The position numbers were made by a program, and so were the translations under genes. From IMG/VR virus record IMGVR_UViG_3300033143_002031, positions 32,001 to 96,000 of that record: a stretch of DNA of 64,000 bases. One strand, 5' to 3'. Under the pieces are notes generated by a model, which was not told the origin of the DNA, made no database searches, and worked only from the letters and a program-made list of their open reading frames with translations. Origin of the DNA: a virus. Below are positions 18,145 through 27,496 of this stretch, piece by piece (position 1 is the stretch's first letter; the number at the start of each line of letters is the position of its first letter).

Positions 18145-18510
18145 TTAGCCGGCAAACTCCACCGGCTTCCGCCGCCCGCCCCGCTCCATGAACCACCCTT
18201 TGGCCCGACCACCGAGCCTACGAACCAGGCGCCCCATAGCCTCCCGAGGATCGAGGTTCCCGCAGGTATACATGTCGGCGGAGTAGAACCCGTGCTCGGG
18301 ATAGGTGTGGATGGAGGCATGCGACTCGGCGAGCCCTATGAGCACCGTCACCCCTTGCGGCGCAAAGGAGTGGTACCAGGAGTGTAGCACCGTCGCGCCG
18401 GCCTCCTCGCAGGCGTCCTGAAGGGCTCGCAGAACCTCCTTCTTATCGTTCAAGAGTGACGGGTCTGCGCCCCACGCATCGACCACCACGTGGCGTCCTA
18501 TGATCGCCAT
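18145..18510 (-). CDS. speD: S-adenosylmethionine decarboxylase proenzyme
   Basis: GRHVVVD..GVT..LAE/SHASIHTYPEHG..DMYTCG pyruvoyl self-cleavage motif. Confidence 0.93.
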   Translation of the reverse strand: MAIIGRHVVVDAWGADPSLLNDKKEVLRALQDACEEAGATVLHSWYHSFAPQGVTVLIGLAESHASIHTYPEHGFYSADMYTCGNLDPREAMGRLVRRLGGRAKGWFMERGGRRKPVEFAG

Positions 18511-18571
18511 GGGCCGACTCTACCGGACGGTGAGTTTTCGGGCCAGTCCTCGGCCTTCGGCCTCGGATTCC

Positions 18572-18586
18572 GCGACCAATGGTCGC
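18572..18586. promoter_or_regulatory. palindromic operator GCGACCA-A-TGGTCGC
   Basis: Perfect palindrome, recurs at 36213, 39748, 40066, with variants at 41221, 41573, 63645. Confidence 0.65.
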
Positions 18587-18631
18587 TGCCTGTTGCCTAC
18601 ACTTCCCTACAAATCGACACGGGTCCCGCCG

Positions 18632-18708
18632 TTTGCTCTTGACGCTGCCCCCGAAGCGCGATAGGCTGGTATTCAGATGGCGGATGACTTCCGCCAGGGA
18701 GGTACCAG
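18632..18708 (+). promoter_or_regulatory. promoter + 5' hairpin + SD cassette, copy 3
   Basis: TTGACG-N17-TAGGCT; TGGCGGA-TGACT-TCCGCCA; GGAGG. Confidence 0.8.
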
Positions 18709-19206
18709 ATGGCAGCCACTTTCAACGCAATCGCCTTTACCGCCCTCGCGGCGTTCTTGAAGGGGCTCGGATTCATCCCTACCACGATCAAGACCAAGGA
18801 CGGCCACGAGGTTGTTTTCGAGCGCCGCCACCACGGCGACGACCAACTGATCGTGCTCGTCTACACGTCCTGCTCCCCCGAGGGTGGTGCGGTCCGAAAG
18901 AAGGGCAAGGACGCGATCCGCGTCTGCCTCGTGTGCGAGAGCGACCGTGTGGCCTCCGTCCAGAAGCACTACGGCAGCTACCAGCGGGACGGGCGCCTCG
19001 GCCTCGGCAGTGCGACGAGGGTGAACAGGGCGGGGACCACCGAGTCAATCTTCCAACGTATCCGCTCCCGGGCGCAGGGGATGTACAAGTTGGCGAACCA
19101 GTTGCACAGGGGCGAGCACTGCACCTGCGGCGCTCCTCGCTTCCCCGACACCGGGAAGTGCGTTCTGCGCGGCTACTGCCCCGACAAGAACGCGAAGGCG
19201 GCGTAA
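18709..19206 (+). CDS. hypothetical protein, C-terminal Cys cluster
   Basis: Follows the cassette. Confidence 0.75.
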   Translation: MAATFNAIAFTALAAFLKGLGFIPTTIKTKDGHEVVFERRHHGDDQLIVLVYTSCSPEGGAVRKKGKDAIRVCLVCESDRVASVQKHYGSYQRDGRLGLGSATRVNRAGTTESIFQRIRSRAQGMYKLANQLHRGEHCTCGAPRFPDTGKCVLRGYCPDKNAKAA

Positions 19207-19208
19207 CC

Positions 19209-19550
19209 GTGCCTGACTTCAACATCGAAACCTCGTGGACCTGTGCCACGAATCAATACTGGACGACCCGCGTGACGGGCTCTCAGGGCGACGTCTACAC
19301 CGTGTGGTGGGGACGCCTCCCCGAGGCCCGCGTCATGGAGACGGGTGCGCAGCACGGCTGGCAGTGCGAGTGCAAGGGCTACCAGTTCCGAGGCACCTGC
19401 AAGCACATCCGCGAGGTCGACGAGAGCGGTGAGCGCTGCGGTTGGAACGCCGCGCTCGAACCCTCGGCCGAGTGCGTGCACGACGCTGACGGCGAGCCCT
19501 GCTGCCCCGAGTGCGGCGGACCCGTCCGAGCGTACCGGGTGGCGGTATGA
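19209..19550 (+). CDS. SWIM zinc-finger protein
   Basis: WQCECKGYQFRGTCKH. Confidence 0.8.
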   Translation: MPDFNIETSWTCATNQYWTTRVTGSQGDVYTVWWGRLPEARVMETGAQHGWQCECKGYQFRGTCKHIREVDESGERCGWNAALEPSAECVHDADGEPCCPECGGPVRAYRVAV

Positions 19551-19867
19551 CGCCCACAATCTTCCCAGAGTACGAGTCGGTCGAGGCGTTCGTGGAGGAC
19601 TGCTTCGATGACGAGCGCGACCACTTCACGACAGGTGACATGCAGGCGTTGAACGCGGCGACGCGCATGCGCCTCTCAGACGTCCGCAAGGCTCTGGAGG
19701 GGTACGGGCTCCTGTTCGTCCCTCGCAAGCCTCAGAAGCGTGTCAGGGGCTTCACAAGCAACCCTCATGATCGTTGGTACGGCAAAGGATCAGACAGGAC
19801 GTATGGAGGTTCCGGATGGGAGCAGATCTCAGGGTTCGCAGGTGACAAGAATCGAGGGGGCTGGTGA
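19547..19867 (+). CDS. hypothetical protein
   Basis: ATGA coupling. Confidence 0.65.
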   Translation: MTPTIFPEYESVEAFVEDCFDDERDHFTTGDMQALNAATRMRLSDVRKALEGYGLLFVPRKPQKRVRGFTSNPHDRWYGKGSDRTYGGSGWEQISGFAGDKNRGGW

Positions 19868-20238
19868 TGCGCGACCTCGACAAGATCTGTAAAGAGTGCC
19901 TTGAGTGCATCTGCAACCCCTGTGCACGGCGCGACTACGTGGAGGAGCAGCTAGAAGTAGAGGGCACGCTCGTCCTGGACGACCTGCGCCTTCAGGTGCT
20001 CCACACGTCCGCCCCGTGGGGCATGACGCGGCACCTTGTGGTCGAGCGCCACGACGGCAAGGGCGGCATCCCGTGGGAAGTCCTCCAGGCAGCCAAGGAC
20101 GAGGCTCTCGGGCCGGACGCCCTGGCCGTGGAGATTTACCCGGAGAGGGACGACGTGGTGAACGAGGTCAATCGGAGGCACCTCTGGGAAGTGCCTTCCA
20201 TGATGATCGAGGGGCTGACGCTCCGGAGGGGATCATGA
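19864..20238 (+). CDS. hypothetical protein
   Basis: Coupled ORF. Confidence 0.7.
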   Translation: MMRDLDKICKECLECICNPCARRDYVEEQLEVEGTLVLDDLRLQVLHTSAPWGMTRHLVVERHDGKGGIPWEVLQAAKDEALGPDALAVEIYPERDDVVNEVNRRHLWEVPSMMIEGLTLRRGS

Positions 20239-20462
20239 GCCTTGGGAACCCTGCTCTGGATCGGCTTTGGACGTGGGCTGTTGAAGGTTCGGGAACGGCG
20301 TGTTGTGGCGAGAGCGCGTCCTGCTACGACGCCTTCGCGCAGCGTATCGAACGTGAGGCCGGGCTTGACCCGTGGGACCCCGAGGTAGCTCGTAGGCGCA
20401 CGGGCGCGGTCAATGCAGCATGGTATGAGCAACAGGCGAAGTACGCGAAGGAGGAGTCATGA
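20235..20462 (+). CDS. hypothetical protein
   Basis: ATGA coupling. Confidence 0.55.
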   Translation: MSLGNPALDRLWTWAVEGSGTACCGESASCYDAFAQRIEREAGLDPWDPEVARRRTGAVNAAWYEQQAKYAKEES

Positions 20463-20722
20463 TCGGACAACGCGACCTGTTCTTCGGGTACTTGACGTGG
20501 GCCACCTGTTTCGTCGGCTTCTGCGGGCTCCACCGCCTGTACACCGGGCGGTACGTGACGGGGCTCCTGTGGTTCTGTACGGGCGGCTTGCTCTTCATCG
20601 GGCAGTTGATCGACCTCGGGTTCATCCCGTACTTCTGCGCCAATCCGCACATGAGCCAGCGCGAGACGCGGCTCCTCGCGGAGCAGCGGGGGGACGGGGC
20701 GGGAAATCTTCGCCAGGGGTGA
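20459..20722 (+). CDS. TM2-domain membrane protein
   Basis: GFCGLHRLYTGRYVTGLLWFCTGG..GQLIDL. Confidence 0.85.
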   Translation: MIGQRDLFFGYLTWATCFVGFCGLHRLYTGRYVTGLLWFCTGGLLFIGQLIDLGFIPYFCANPHMSQRETRLLAEQRGDGAGNLRQG

Positions 20723-20724
20723 CG

Positions 20725-20803
20725 TTTGCTATTGACACGGGCTCCGACCCGTGTTAGGGTGGTGCTCAGAGATCGGGGATGGATTCCCCGAAGGAGGATC
20801 GAG
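20725..20803 (+). promoter_or_regulatory. promoter + 5' hairpin + SD cassette, copy 4
   Basis: TTGACA-N17-TAGGGT; CGGGGA-TGGAT-TCCCCG; AGGAGG. Confidence 0.8.
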
Positions 20804-21160
20804 ATGAAGTGGCCTTTCAAGTCCCTGAAGCAATCGAGCACGTGGCCGATGCAGCCGTTCGTCGTGCAGTTCGCGGCGGCCGTGCTCAGTGCGCCTCCGC
20901 AGTCGCGGAAGGAATTCGCCGGTAAGATGATCGAGAGGTGTGTCCGCATGGGCGCCCGCCTCGCCGTCGAGTTCGGCATGCCTGCCCCACTGTTCGTGGA
21001 GGTGGCCAAGGCGCAGATCATCCGCGAGGGCGGACCGTCCGCGCAGGCGGCCTTGGCGGAGGCGTTCGGCGAGGACGTGCTCGCTACCATCGACGGCGCC
21101 GACGAGGTGCTGGCGCAGGTGCACGAAATCTTCTCGGGTGACGAGGTGCCCGAGGCGTAA
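20804..21160 (+). CDS. hypothetical protein
   Basis: Follows the cassette. Confidence 0.75.
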   Translation: MKWPFKSLKQSSTWPMQPFVVQFAAAVLSAPPQSRKEFAGKMIERCVRMGARLAVEFGMPAPLFVEVAKAQIIREGGPSAQAALAEAFGEDVLATIDGADEVLAQVHEIFSGDEVPEA

Positions 21161-21294
21161 CGCAGGGTGACAGTCTGAAATCGGCTTGCCTCCGACGGAA
21201 GACTTTACCATTGCCCGGCCCGGGGGTTCTCCCCCCAGGCCCCCGGGTCCGGGCACTTTGATGCGGGACGACTCCCGCAAGGAAGGAATGAACC

Positions 21295-21678
21295 ATGAAC
21301 GATCATCTGCTCATCACGAAGGCCGACAACCCGAGCGCGAGCCTACCCACGGGCGAGCCCGTCGCCAAGGCCCCTCAGACGGCCCCTGAGACCGTCTGCG
21401 ACCCCCGGGCCATTCTGGTCGCCGAGCGCGTCGAGAGCCCTCACGAGGTGCTTCTGGGCGATTTCGTGCAGGCTCAGGGCTGGAGTCGCCCCCGGCGCGT
21501 CGAGTTCATCGACTCGGCGGAGTCCGGCCCGGTTCTGTTCCTGGCGGACCCTGACGAGTCCCGGACGAACGAGCACGGCATCCGCCGTCTCGACGCGGAC
21601 GGCTGGGAGGGGCGCGGGGCGTGGAAGCGCTACCCGAACCTGCGCCGCGTGTGGGACGCTGCCCACGGTGGGTCCTGA
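21295..21678 (+). CDS. hypothetical protein
   Basis: ORF, AAGGAAGG SD. Confidence 0.65.
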   Translation: MNDHLLITKADNPSASLPTGEPVAKAPQTAPETVCDPRAILVAERVESPHEVLLGDFVQAQGWSRPRRVEFIDSAESGPVLFLADPDESRTNEHGIRRLDADGWEGRGAWKRYPNLRRVWDAAHGGS

Positions 21679-22000
21679 CGAGACCGCCCCCGAGGCCGAA
21701 GACCTGGAGATTGCTCTTGACCTTCAGACGTGCGATAGTACGTCTGAGGTCAGGACAGTGGCTACACGACAACGGGAGTGGCAACAGCGCATGCAGGCGG
21801 AGGGCAGATGTATCATCTGCGGCGAGGAGTCCGTTGTGCCCTGCTACTGCGAGGCCCATCGGAACCAGCGTATGAAGAAGATCCGTGAGCGGCGGGGCGA
21901 GGAGTACCAGCCACAGCAGTGTTCGGCTTGCGGCGAAGAAGGCCATAACAGGCGAACTTGTCCCCACGCGGACAAATCCCAACTCGCAGAAGCAACCTGA
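21668..22000 (+). CDS. zinc-knuckle protein
   Basis: CIIC..CEAH and CSACGEEGHNRRTC (CCHC). Confidence 0.6.
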   Translation: MGPDETAPEAEDLEIALDLQTCDSTSEVRTVATRQREWQQRMQAEGRCIICGEESVVPCYCEAHRNQRMKKIRERRGEEYQPQQCSACGEEGHNRRTCPHADKSQLAEAT

Positions 22001-22055
22001 GAGCGCGGCCCGGGGAAACGGACCGCGCTTTTCTTTGGTCTCCGAGGAAAACTCA

Positions 22056-22550
22056 ATGGGCGGCATGAGCCAGAACGACAAGAACGAGCTTCTGATCGAG
22101 ATGTTTGAAGCCCCTGTGATCGGGGCAGACTACGGGCACTACTACGACCCTCCCGAGGGGTTCGTCAAGCCCACGAGCTACCCAGGGCTCGGAGGCGGTA
22201 AGTCCATGGCGGCCATGAATGTGGGCTACGTGGACCTCGGCCTCGTCAACCCTTACGGAGAAGGGCCGAAGGACAAGAAGCTGCGCTCCACGATCCTCCG
22301 GTACGTCGTCAAACTCCTGATCGCCTCAAAGGGTAAGTCAGTCTTCATACGCGATCCGGAGTGGGCCCTGAAGGAGGTCTACCCGGGTCAAAAGGTCAAG
22401 ACCGTCCTGAAGGAGAAGGTCGAAGAAGCGCTCGAAGCCATGTTCGGCGTGGACATGCTCGTTGTCGTCAGCGGCTTCAAGGGCAAGACCGGCTTCGGCT
22501 GGCGGTTCAAGTGCACGGACCTTGCGAAGCATCCAAAGGTGGTAGCGTGA
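22056..22550 (+). CDS. hypothetical protein
   Basis: GAGG SD; codon bias. Confidence 0.7.
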   Translation: MGGMSQNDKNELLIEMFEAPVIGADYGHYYDPPEGFVKPTSYPGLGGGKSMAAMNVGYVDLGLVNPYGEGPKDKKLRSTILRYVVKLLIASKGKSVFIRDPEWALKEVYPGQKVKTVLKEKVEEALEAMFGVDMLVVVSGFKGKTGFGWRFKCTDLAKHPKVVA

Positions 22551-22843
22551 GTTGGATTCGAGACGTGCTCGACTGGGACGAGTCGCAGGACCCCGCGCAG
22601 GCGCCTGCGAAGACCCTGACGGCCCCCTGGCACGCTCTAGGGGCTCGGGACCGTCAGTTGCTCGACGCGCTTGCAGACGGCACCTGGACGAAAGAGAGTG
22701 CGCTTCGGGGAGTACTTCGATGGAGTCGAGCCCGCTTCTTCCTGACGACGCTCCGGATGGTAGCGGTCGGGTGGATCAAGGCCCGGCCGGCAAACTCCTT
22801 CCTCACGAGCGAATACCAACTGAGCCCAGAGGTGTGGAAATGA
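22547..22843 (+). CDS. winged-helix-like protein
   Basis: LLDALADG..SRARFF..MVAVGWIKA..EYQLS. Confidence 0.6.
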   Translation: MSWIRDVLDWDESQDPAQAPAKTLTAPWHALGARDRQLLDALADGTWTKESALRGVLRWSRARFFLTTLRMVAVGWIKARPANSFLTSEYQLSPEVWK

Positions 22844-23049
22844 TGGACATGGCGAATACCTCTGGTGGCAAACGGTGTGCGCACGACTGGCGCATCGTAG
22901 ACACCCGTGTCGATCAGATGTACGGCCTGGACAAGAATCCAGTCTTCGACGTGAGGTGCCGCAAGTGTGGGGCCACGCAGCAGGTAAAGGGGCAGGCTGC
23001 CCTGAAGGCGCTGTCCAACCGGGCTCCCTTCGCTACCAGCCTCGGCTGA
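22840..23049 (+). CDS. hypothetical Zn-ribbon protein
   Basis: CAHDW..CRKCG. Confidence 0.6.
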   Translation: MMDMANTSGGKRCAHDWRIVDTRVDQMYGLDKNPVFDVRCRKCGATQQVKGQAALKALSNRAPFATSLG

Positions 23050-23059
23050 GAGTTTGCCA

Positions 23060-23088
23060 TTGACATCTGTATAGCGCTCTGCTATACA
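23060..23088 (+). promoter_or_regulatory. leaderless promoter with overlapping inverted-repeat operator
   Basis: TTGACA-N17-TATACA; TGTATAGC-N5-GCTATACA. Confidence 0.75.
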
Positions 23089-23095
23089 CACCTCC

Positions 23096-23281
23096 ATGGC
23101 CAAGAAGTTCGATCGTCCTCTGCTCGTCCGTGTGGATGCTGCGCTCTTGAAGCGGCTGGATGCGCTTCTGGCCCAGCGTCAACGCGCTACCCCTCATAGC
23201 GTCATGAGCCGGTCGAGCCTGGTCCGAATGATCCTCTGGGAGGCCATCGAGCGGGAACTGGAAAGGGACGAGAGCCCATGA
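23096..23281 (+). CDS. ribbon-helix-helix (CopG/Arc-like) regulator
   Basis: LLVRVDAALLKRLD..SRSSLVRMIL. Confidence 0.8.
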   Translation: MAKKFDRPLLVRVDAALLKRLDALLAQRQRATPHSVMSRSSLVRMILWEAIERELERDESP

Positions 23282-23898
23282 CAATCCAGACGAAAGCAGA
23301 GGCGATCGAAATCCTCGAACGCTACTACGCGCACATCATTGCGCTGGGGCGATACGAGGCTACGCAGATCGCGCTAGCCGAGGGTACGATTCACAGTCGG
23401 CGTCTTCGAGCCCGACTGAAAGAGATCGACCGGCTGCCCATCGGGGACGAGCGGTGGATGGGCGCAATCTTCTCGGCCAAGGTGTTCGAGTACACCGGGC
23501 GCATGCTGGAGGTGGAGGAAGCCTCGCCGCGAACTCGTGGTGGAGGTGGGGGTGGTAGGCCCATCCGCATCTGGCGCCTGCGCGCCGGGGAGCCTTTGCC
23601 GCAACGGCCGGCAACGTGGCAGGGACAGCGCCCTCTCGGCTTCCCGGACAAGATCGACCCCGTCACCTTGAAGCTGGCCCTCGATGAGCTACGAGAAATC
23701 TTCGATCTGGCCCAACTAGTGCGTGAGCACGTCGATGCGAAGAGGAGGCAACTGATCCTTGGTCAGGAGGGGCCGACCGAGGCTGACATCGCTGCGCTGG
23801 AGAAGAAGGTCGAGAACCGGGCCACCTACACGGGTAATCACGTGATGGAACTCACGCAGGTCGGGCTCTGGCTCGCGTGGAAGACGCGGCGGGGGTGA
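23278..23898 (+). CDS. hypothetical protein
   Basis: ATGA coupling. Confidence 0.65.
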   Translation: MTIQTKAEAIEILERYYAHIIALGRYEATQIALAEGTIHSRRLRARLKEIDRLPIGDERWMGAIFSAKVFEYTGRMLEVEEASPRTRGGGGGGRPIRIWRLRAGEPLPQRPATWQGQRPLGFPDKIDPVTLKLALDELREIFDLAQLVREHVDAKRRQLILGQEGPTEADIAALEKKVENRATYTGNHVMELTQVGLWLAWKTRRG

Positions 23899-23902
23899 TG
23901 CT

Positions 23903-24571
23903 ATGCCCTATGTGATCGGAGTGGACGAATCTGGGACGGGCGCTTGGGCGGGAAGTTTTTTTGTAGGGGCAGTCGCCGTTGAGGTGGTGCCATTCAACAG
24001 TGCCATCGGGCGCCACCTGAAGGACTCGAAGAAGCTGAGTGACGCCCGGAGGCGGAAGGCGTGCCCGCTCATCCGGGAGCACGCCGCAGCCGTTGCTGTG
24101 GTGGAGGTCCCGGTCTGGCAGATCAACCTCGGACCGAGGACGGCCTGGCGCATCGCAATCTCCAAGGCCCTCATGGAGGTCCGGGAGGCCCTGGGCATCG
24201 AGCGGGAGCAGGCCGACGAGCACGCGCTCTTGATCGACGGGCCACCCGACTCGGACCTGATCACGATGCTCGGGAGCGGCGGCTGGTACCACCCGCGCTT
24301 CGAGGTGGAGGGGGACGACAAGTTCCCCGCCATCATGGCCGGGGCGATCCTCGCCAAGACAGCACGCAACGATGCCATGGTTGGGCTGTCCTCGGAGTTT
24401 CCCGAGTACGGCTGGGAGCGCAACTCGGGGTACGGCACGCCGGAGCACTGGAGGGCGTGTCAGGAGCACGGCATCACCAAGCACCACCGCCGGATCAAGC
24501 GGCTGCGGAAGTGTGAGGGCTACAAGCCCAAGGGCAACTGGTTCGATGAAGAAGGAAACCGTGACGAGTGA
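23903..24571 (+). CDS. rnhB: ribonuclease HII
   Basis: IGVDESGTG, LKDSKKL, GDDKF..IMAGAILAK..R, GYGTPEH, HRR. Confidence 0.9.
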   Translation: MPYVIGVDESGTGAWAGSFFVGAVAVEVVPFNSAIGRHLKDSKKLSDARRRKACPLIREHAAAVAVVEVPVWQINLGPRTAWRIAISKALMEVREALGIEREQADEHALLIDGPPDSDLITMLGSGGWYHPRFEVEGDDKFPAIMAGAILAKTARNDAMVGLSSEFPEYGWERNSGYGTPEHWRACQEHGITKHHRRIKRLRKCEGYKPKGNWFDEEGNRDE

Positions 24572-25127
24572 TGGTCGTTGGCAGGCTGTTCTGGAGGCGC
24601 ACAAAATGGGCGGACCGGAGTGGCAGCAAGAGGAGAAGTTCAAGCCGCTCGGCGCTTCGGGCGAGGTGCTGGGGATGAAGTGCGTCGAGCCTGGCTGCGA
24701 TGGGCTCCTCCACCTCATGTGGTCCGACCGCGTGCAACGCTACTGGTACTCGTGCACGAACTGGCCACGGTGCAAGGGCTCCCTGCCGTGCGACAAGGCG
24801 GGAGCCCCACGCGGGAAGCCCCGGACCAAGGAACTCCAGGGGTGGCGCAACAAGGCCCACGAAATCTTCGACACCTTGTGGAAGGACAAGCACTGCGCCC
24901 GATCGGCTGCCTACGCCTGGTTCCGCCGGGTGATGGTGTGCACGCCCGATCAGGCGCACATCTTCAAGCAGGATGTGGAGGGCTGCCAGAAGCTCATTGC
25001 TCTAGTCGAGGAGAAGGGACCTGGAACCGAGTTCTGGGAGTCGTGGTTCAGGCCAGGCAAGCGCGTGACGCCGAAGAAGGGCAGCGGAAAGAAGCGGCGA
25101 CGATCTACTTCTCAGGGGACTCGGTGA
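24546..25127 (+). CDS. topoisomerase-type zinc-ribbon protein with DUF3268-like C-terminus
   Basis: CVEPGC..WYSCTNWPRCKG; RNKAHEIFDTLW..RSAAYAW..HI. Confidence 0.7.
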   Translation: MKKETVTSDGRWQAVLEAHKMGGPEWQQEEKFKPLGASGEVLGMKCVEPGCDGLLHLMWSDRVQRYWYSCTNWPRCKGSLPCDKAGAPRGKPRTKELQGWRNKAHEIFDTLWKDKHCARSAAYAWFRRVMVCTPDQAHIFKQDVEGCQKLIALVEEKGPGTEFWESWFRPGKRVTPKKGSGKKRRRSTSQGTR

Positions 25128-25272
25128 TGTGTTCGAGCCAGTCCACGTTGCCGTCGATGCTAGGATCGGGATTGTCGCGAAAGATGTTCACGAGGAGACG
25201 AGGATCGTTAGGATCGCGCTTGTCACCAGGGTCCTGCGGTTCGCACGCTTGAAACCAAGGTTCCCACGGCAT
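25105..25272 (-). CDS. small acidic protein (55 aa, below ORF-track cutoff)
   Basis: AGGAG SD 6 nt before ATG; MPWEPWFQACEPQDPGDKRDPNDPRLL... Confidence 0.45.
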   Translation of the reverse strand: MPWEPWFQACEPQDPGDKRDPNDPRLLVNIFRDNPDPSIDGNVDWLEHITESPEK

Positions 25273-25304
25273 GATCGTCTCCTGGTAGAAGGGTAGAGTA
25301 GCAC

Positions 25305-25505
25305 ATGGGAGTGGATAAGTGTGAGTGCGGGAAGCGTCTACCGACGCACCTGCTAGGGATCATGAAAAGCTACGAGCACGTGTGCTCCTGCGAGCGCAGA
25401 TACGTGGACCGGGATGGGAAGTTTGCTCGGGACAGGACCGCTCCCAACTCAATCGCTGAGTATGATCGAGCCCACCCTGTGGACGGAGAGGTGGAAAAGG
25501 GATGA
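25305..25505 (+). CDS. hypothetical protein
   Basis: CECG..CSC. Confidence 0.55.
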   Translation: MGVDKCECGKRLPTHLLGIMKSYEHVCSCERRYVDRDGKFARDRTAPNSIAEYDRAHPVDGEVEKG

Positions 25506-25777
25506 GTGTAGGAAAACTTCGCCTAATTCAGTACATACGCGGACACCTCGATGCCGCTATCCACAGGTTGCTCCGACCCTACGTCGGTAGGCTCATGGAG
25601 AAGATGGCTGCCGAGGTGACGTTCGAGGGTGAGTGCGAGGATGACGACCTGCCCGACTGCGACGCTTGTGATCAGCACGGTCACTGCCCCTTCGAGGTCG
25701 GCGAGATGTACCAGGCGCCTCCCGGCTTCATGCTCGTGCGGCCGGGGCCTCCCCCGGACCCGCGCGACATGAACTGA
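25502..25777 (+). CDS. hypothetical protein
   Basis: ATGA coupling. Confidence 0.6.
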   Translation: MSVGKLRLIQYIRGHLDAAIHRLLRPYVGRLMEKMAAEVTFEGECEDDDLPDCDACDQHGHCPFEVGEMYQAPPGFMLVRPGPPPDPRDMN

Positions 25778-25784
25778 GGGCATC

Positions 25785-26174
25785 ATGGGCGAGCTACTGT
25801 TCCCGGGCATCCTGTACGGCGCACCGCTGGACGAGGAAACTCTCGGCCTCCGCAGCGGCTCGATCCACGTGTGGCGTGAGGCTGACCTCAAGACCACGCA
25901 CGTCTGGTTCGGGCGCCACGAGGGGGAGGATCGGAAGTGCGTCGGCATCGACCTGGCGCGCATCACCCACGAGGTCCCCGTCGAGTCGGAGGAGCCTCCC
26001 GGTGTGGCGATGCTGATCGACTACGGCGAGGGGCGTACCTACTCGGTCGGGAACGACGTCTGCTGGAACAGCCACGAGCGGCTCGTCTACTGCCTCGATC
26101 ACATCCTCCACGAGTGTGCCGACAGCATCTCGGAGTGGATGGACGCCGACCCTGTGGAGCTACCCGAGGACTAG
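25785..26174 (+). CDS. hypothetical protein
   Basis: ORF, codon bias. Confidence 0.7.
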   Translation: MGELLFPGILYGAPLDEETLGLRSGSIHVWREADLKTTHVWFGRHEGEDRKCVGIDLARITHEVPVESEEPPGVAMLIDYGEGRTYSVGNDVCWNSHERLVYCLDHILHECADSISEWMDADPVELPED

Positions 26175-26264
26175 GAGTTTTCCTCCCCGCCGGGGCGCCG
26201 CGCCGGTCGATAGGGCCATTTCCGCTTACCCACACTTCCCCACATATCGACACCGACTGCAACG

Positions 26265-26341
26265 TTTGCTCTTGACTCTCGCCGTGTCCTATGCGATGCT
26301 GGGTACATGGTCGCGGATGGGTTCCGCGAAGGAGGGATGAG
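26265..26341 (+). promoter_or_regulatory. promoter + 5' hairpin + SD cassette, copy 5
   Basis: TTGACT-N17-GATGCT; TCGCGGA-TGGGT-TCCGCGA; AGGAGG. Confidence 0.75.
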
Positions 26342-26599
26342 ATGAAGACGAAATACCACAACGGTGTGACCTTGAAGCTAACGACGACCGAGTGTGAGGT
26401 TGTGGACCCGAGCGCGAGAATCTGGATCATCGTTGCGACGATCGAGGGGTCCAGAGAAGTGACGTTCGGCCCGTACACCCGCCCCCAGGCGATACGCGGG
26501 TTGAACGCGCTCGCCCCCGCGTTCGGTGCGATCGAGCAGGCGTTCGCGGATGTGTGTCTCGCGATCGATACCTTCAGCCTCAACGACCTCGGGTCGTAG
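26342..26599 (+). CDS. hypothetical protein
   Basis: Follows the cassette. Confidence 0.7.
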   Translation: MKTKYHNGVTLKLTTTECEVVDPSARIWIIVATIEGSREVTFGPYTRPQAIRGLNALAPAFGAIEQAFADVCLAIDTFSLNDLGS

Positions 26600-26635
26600 G
26601 GGAGTAGAGGCCGGCAATCTTCACCGGCAGTGACG

Positions 26636-26711
26636 TTTGCTCTTGACACGCTCCCTGCTCCGTGGTAGGGTGAGAATAGATGGCGGATGACTTCCGCCAG
26701 GAAGGATCGAG
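26636..26711 (+). promoter_or_regulatory. promoter + 5' hairpin + SD cassette, copy 6
   Basis: TTGACA-N17-TAGGGT; TGGCGGA-TGACT-TCCGCCA. Confidence 0.8.
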
Positions 26712-26918
26712 ATGCCCTACGGATACGACGACTTCGACGACGGCGCGGGCTTCGCTGACCCCGGCGGCCGGAGCGCCTTGCGCGCGGCCACCCGCAACAA
26801 CCCCCGCGACCGGACCTGCCCGACCTGCGGGACCCCCAACGTGCTCACCCGCATCGACGCGGCACGGGGCTACCAGTGCGACCGCTGCGCGGACCGCGAC
26901 GAGATGGGAGGCTACTAG
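26712..26918 (+). CDS. small zinc-finger protein
   Basis: CPTC..CDRC. Confidence 0.75.
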   Translation: MPYGYDDFDDGAGFADPGGRSALRAATRNNPRDRTCPTCGTPNVLTRIDAARGYQCDRCADRDEMGGY

Positions 26919-26921
26919 GCC

Positions 26922-27134
26922 ATGATCGTCGCGAACCAGAACTTCACCGAGGCGCAGTCGTCCCTGCTCCGCTCGATGGTCTTCGCACCTTCCCAGTGGC
27001 GCTGCCCCCTCGTGAGCGACGAGGACCTGACGGACGACCTCGCCTGGCTCGCCGAGCGAGGGTACATCGTGGCGAGCGACTGGGACTGGCTCCCGACCCG
27101 TCTTGGGGCTCGTCTCGTGTGGTCGGTGGACTAG
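26922..27134 (+). CDS. hypothetical protein
   Basis: GGAGG SD. Confidence 0.6.
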   Translation: MIVANQNFTEAQSSLLRSMVFAPSQWRCPLVSDEDLTDDLAWLAERGYIVASDWDWLPTRLGARLVWSVD

Positions 27135-27168
27135 GGGGTTACAATCTTCTCGTGTGGAGGGAGCCAAG

Positions 27169-27423
27169 ATGCGTATCTGTGCGAGTTCGGGGGAGTTCAT
27201 CCCGTCTGGGGGTAGCGTGCGTTGCACCTGCGGACGCCTTTGGACAAACCACGACAAGTCGGGCGAGCCTCAGTTCGTTGTGCCCCTGCACACGAGCCAG
27301 AGGGCGGTGACTGCGGCGAAGATCCGCAAGGAACTGGACATCTATTTCGATGCGTCCGTGAGCCGGAAGCGGGTTCGCGAGACGGCTCGTCGGGACAGCG
27401 AGCGGAAGTGGGCACGACGGTAG
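27169..27423 (+). CDS. hypothetical protein
   Basis: GGAGG SD. Confidence 0.55.
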   Translation: MRICASSGEFIPSGGSVRCTCGRLWTNHDKSGEPQFVVPLHTSQRAVTAAKIRKELDIYFDASVSRKRVRETARRDSERKWARR

Positions 27424-27496
27424 CATTGGACGCGCTCTGAGCGCACCGGCTCGGAGCTACCAGGAGTCTCAGGTCTGAGACTAGGAGGATGAAATT

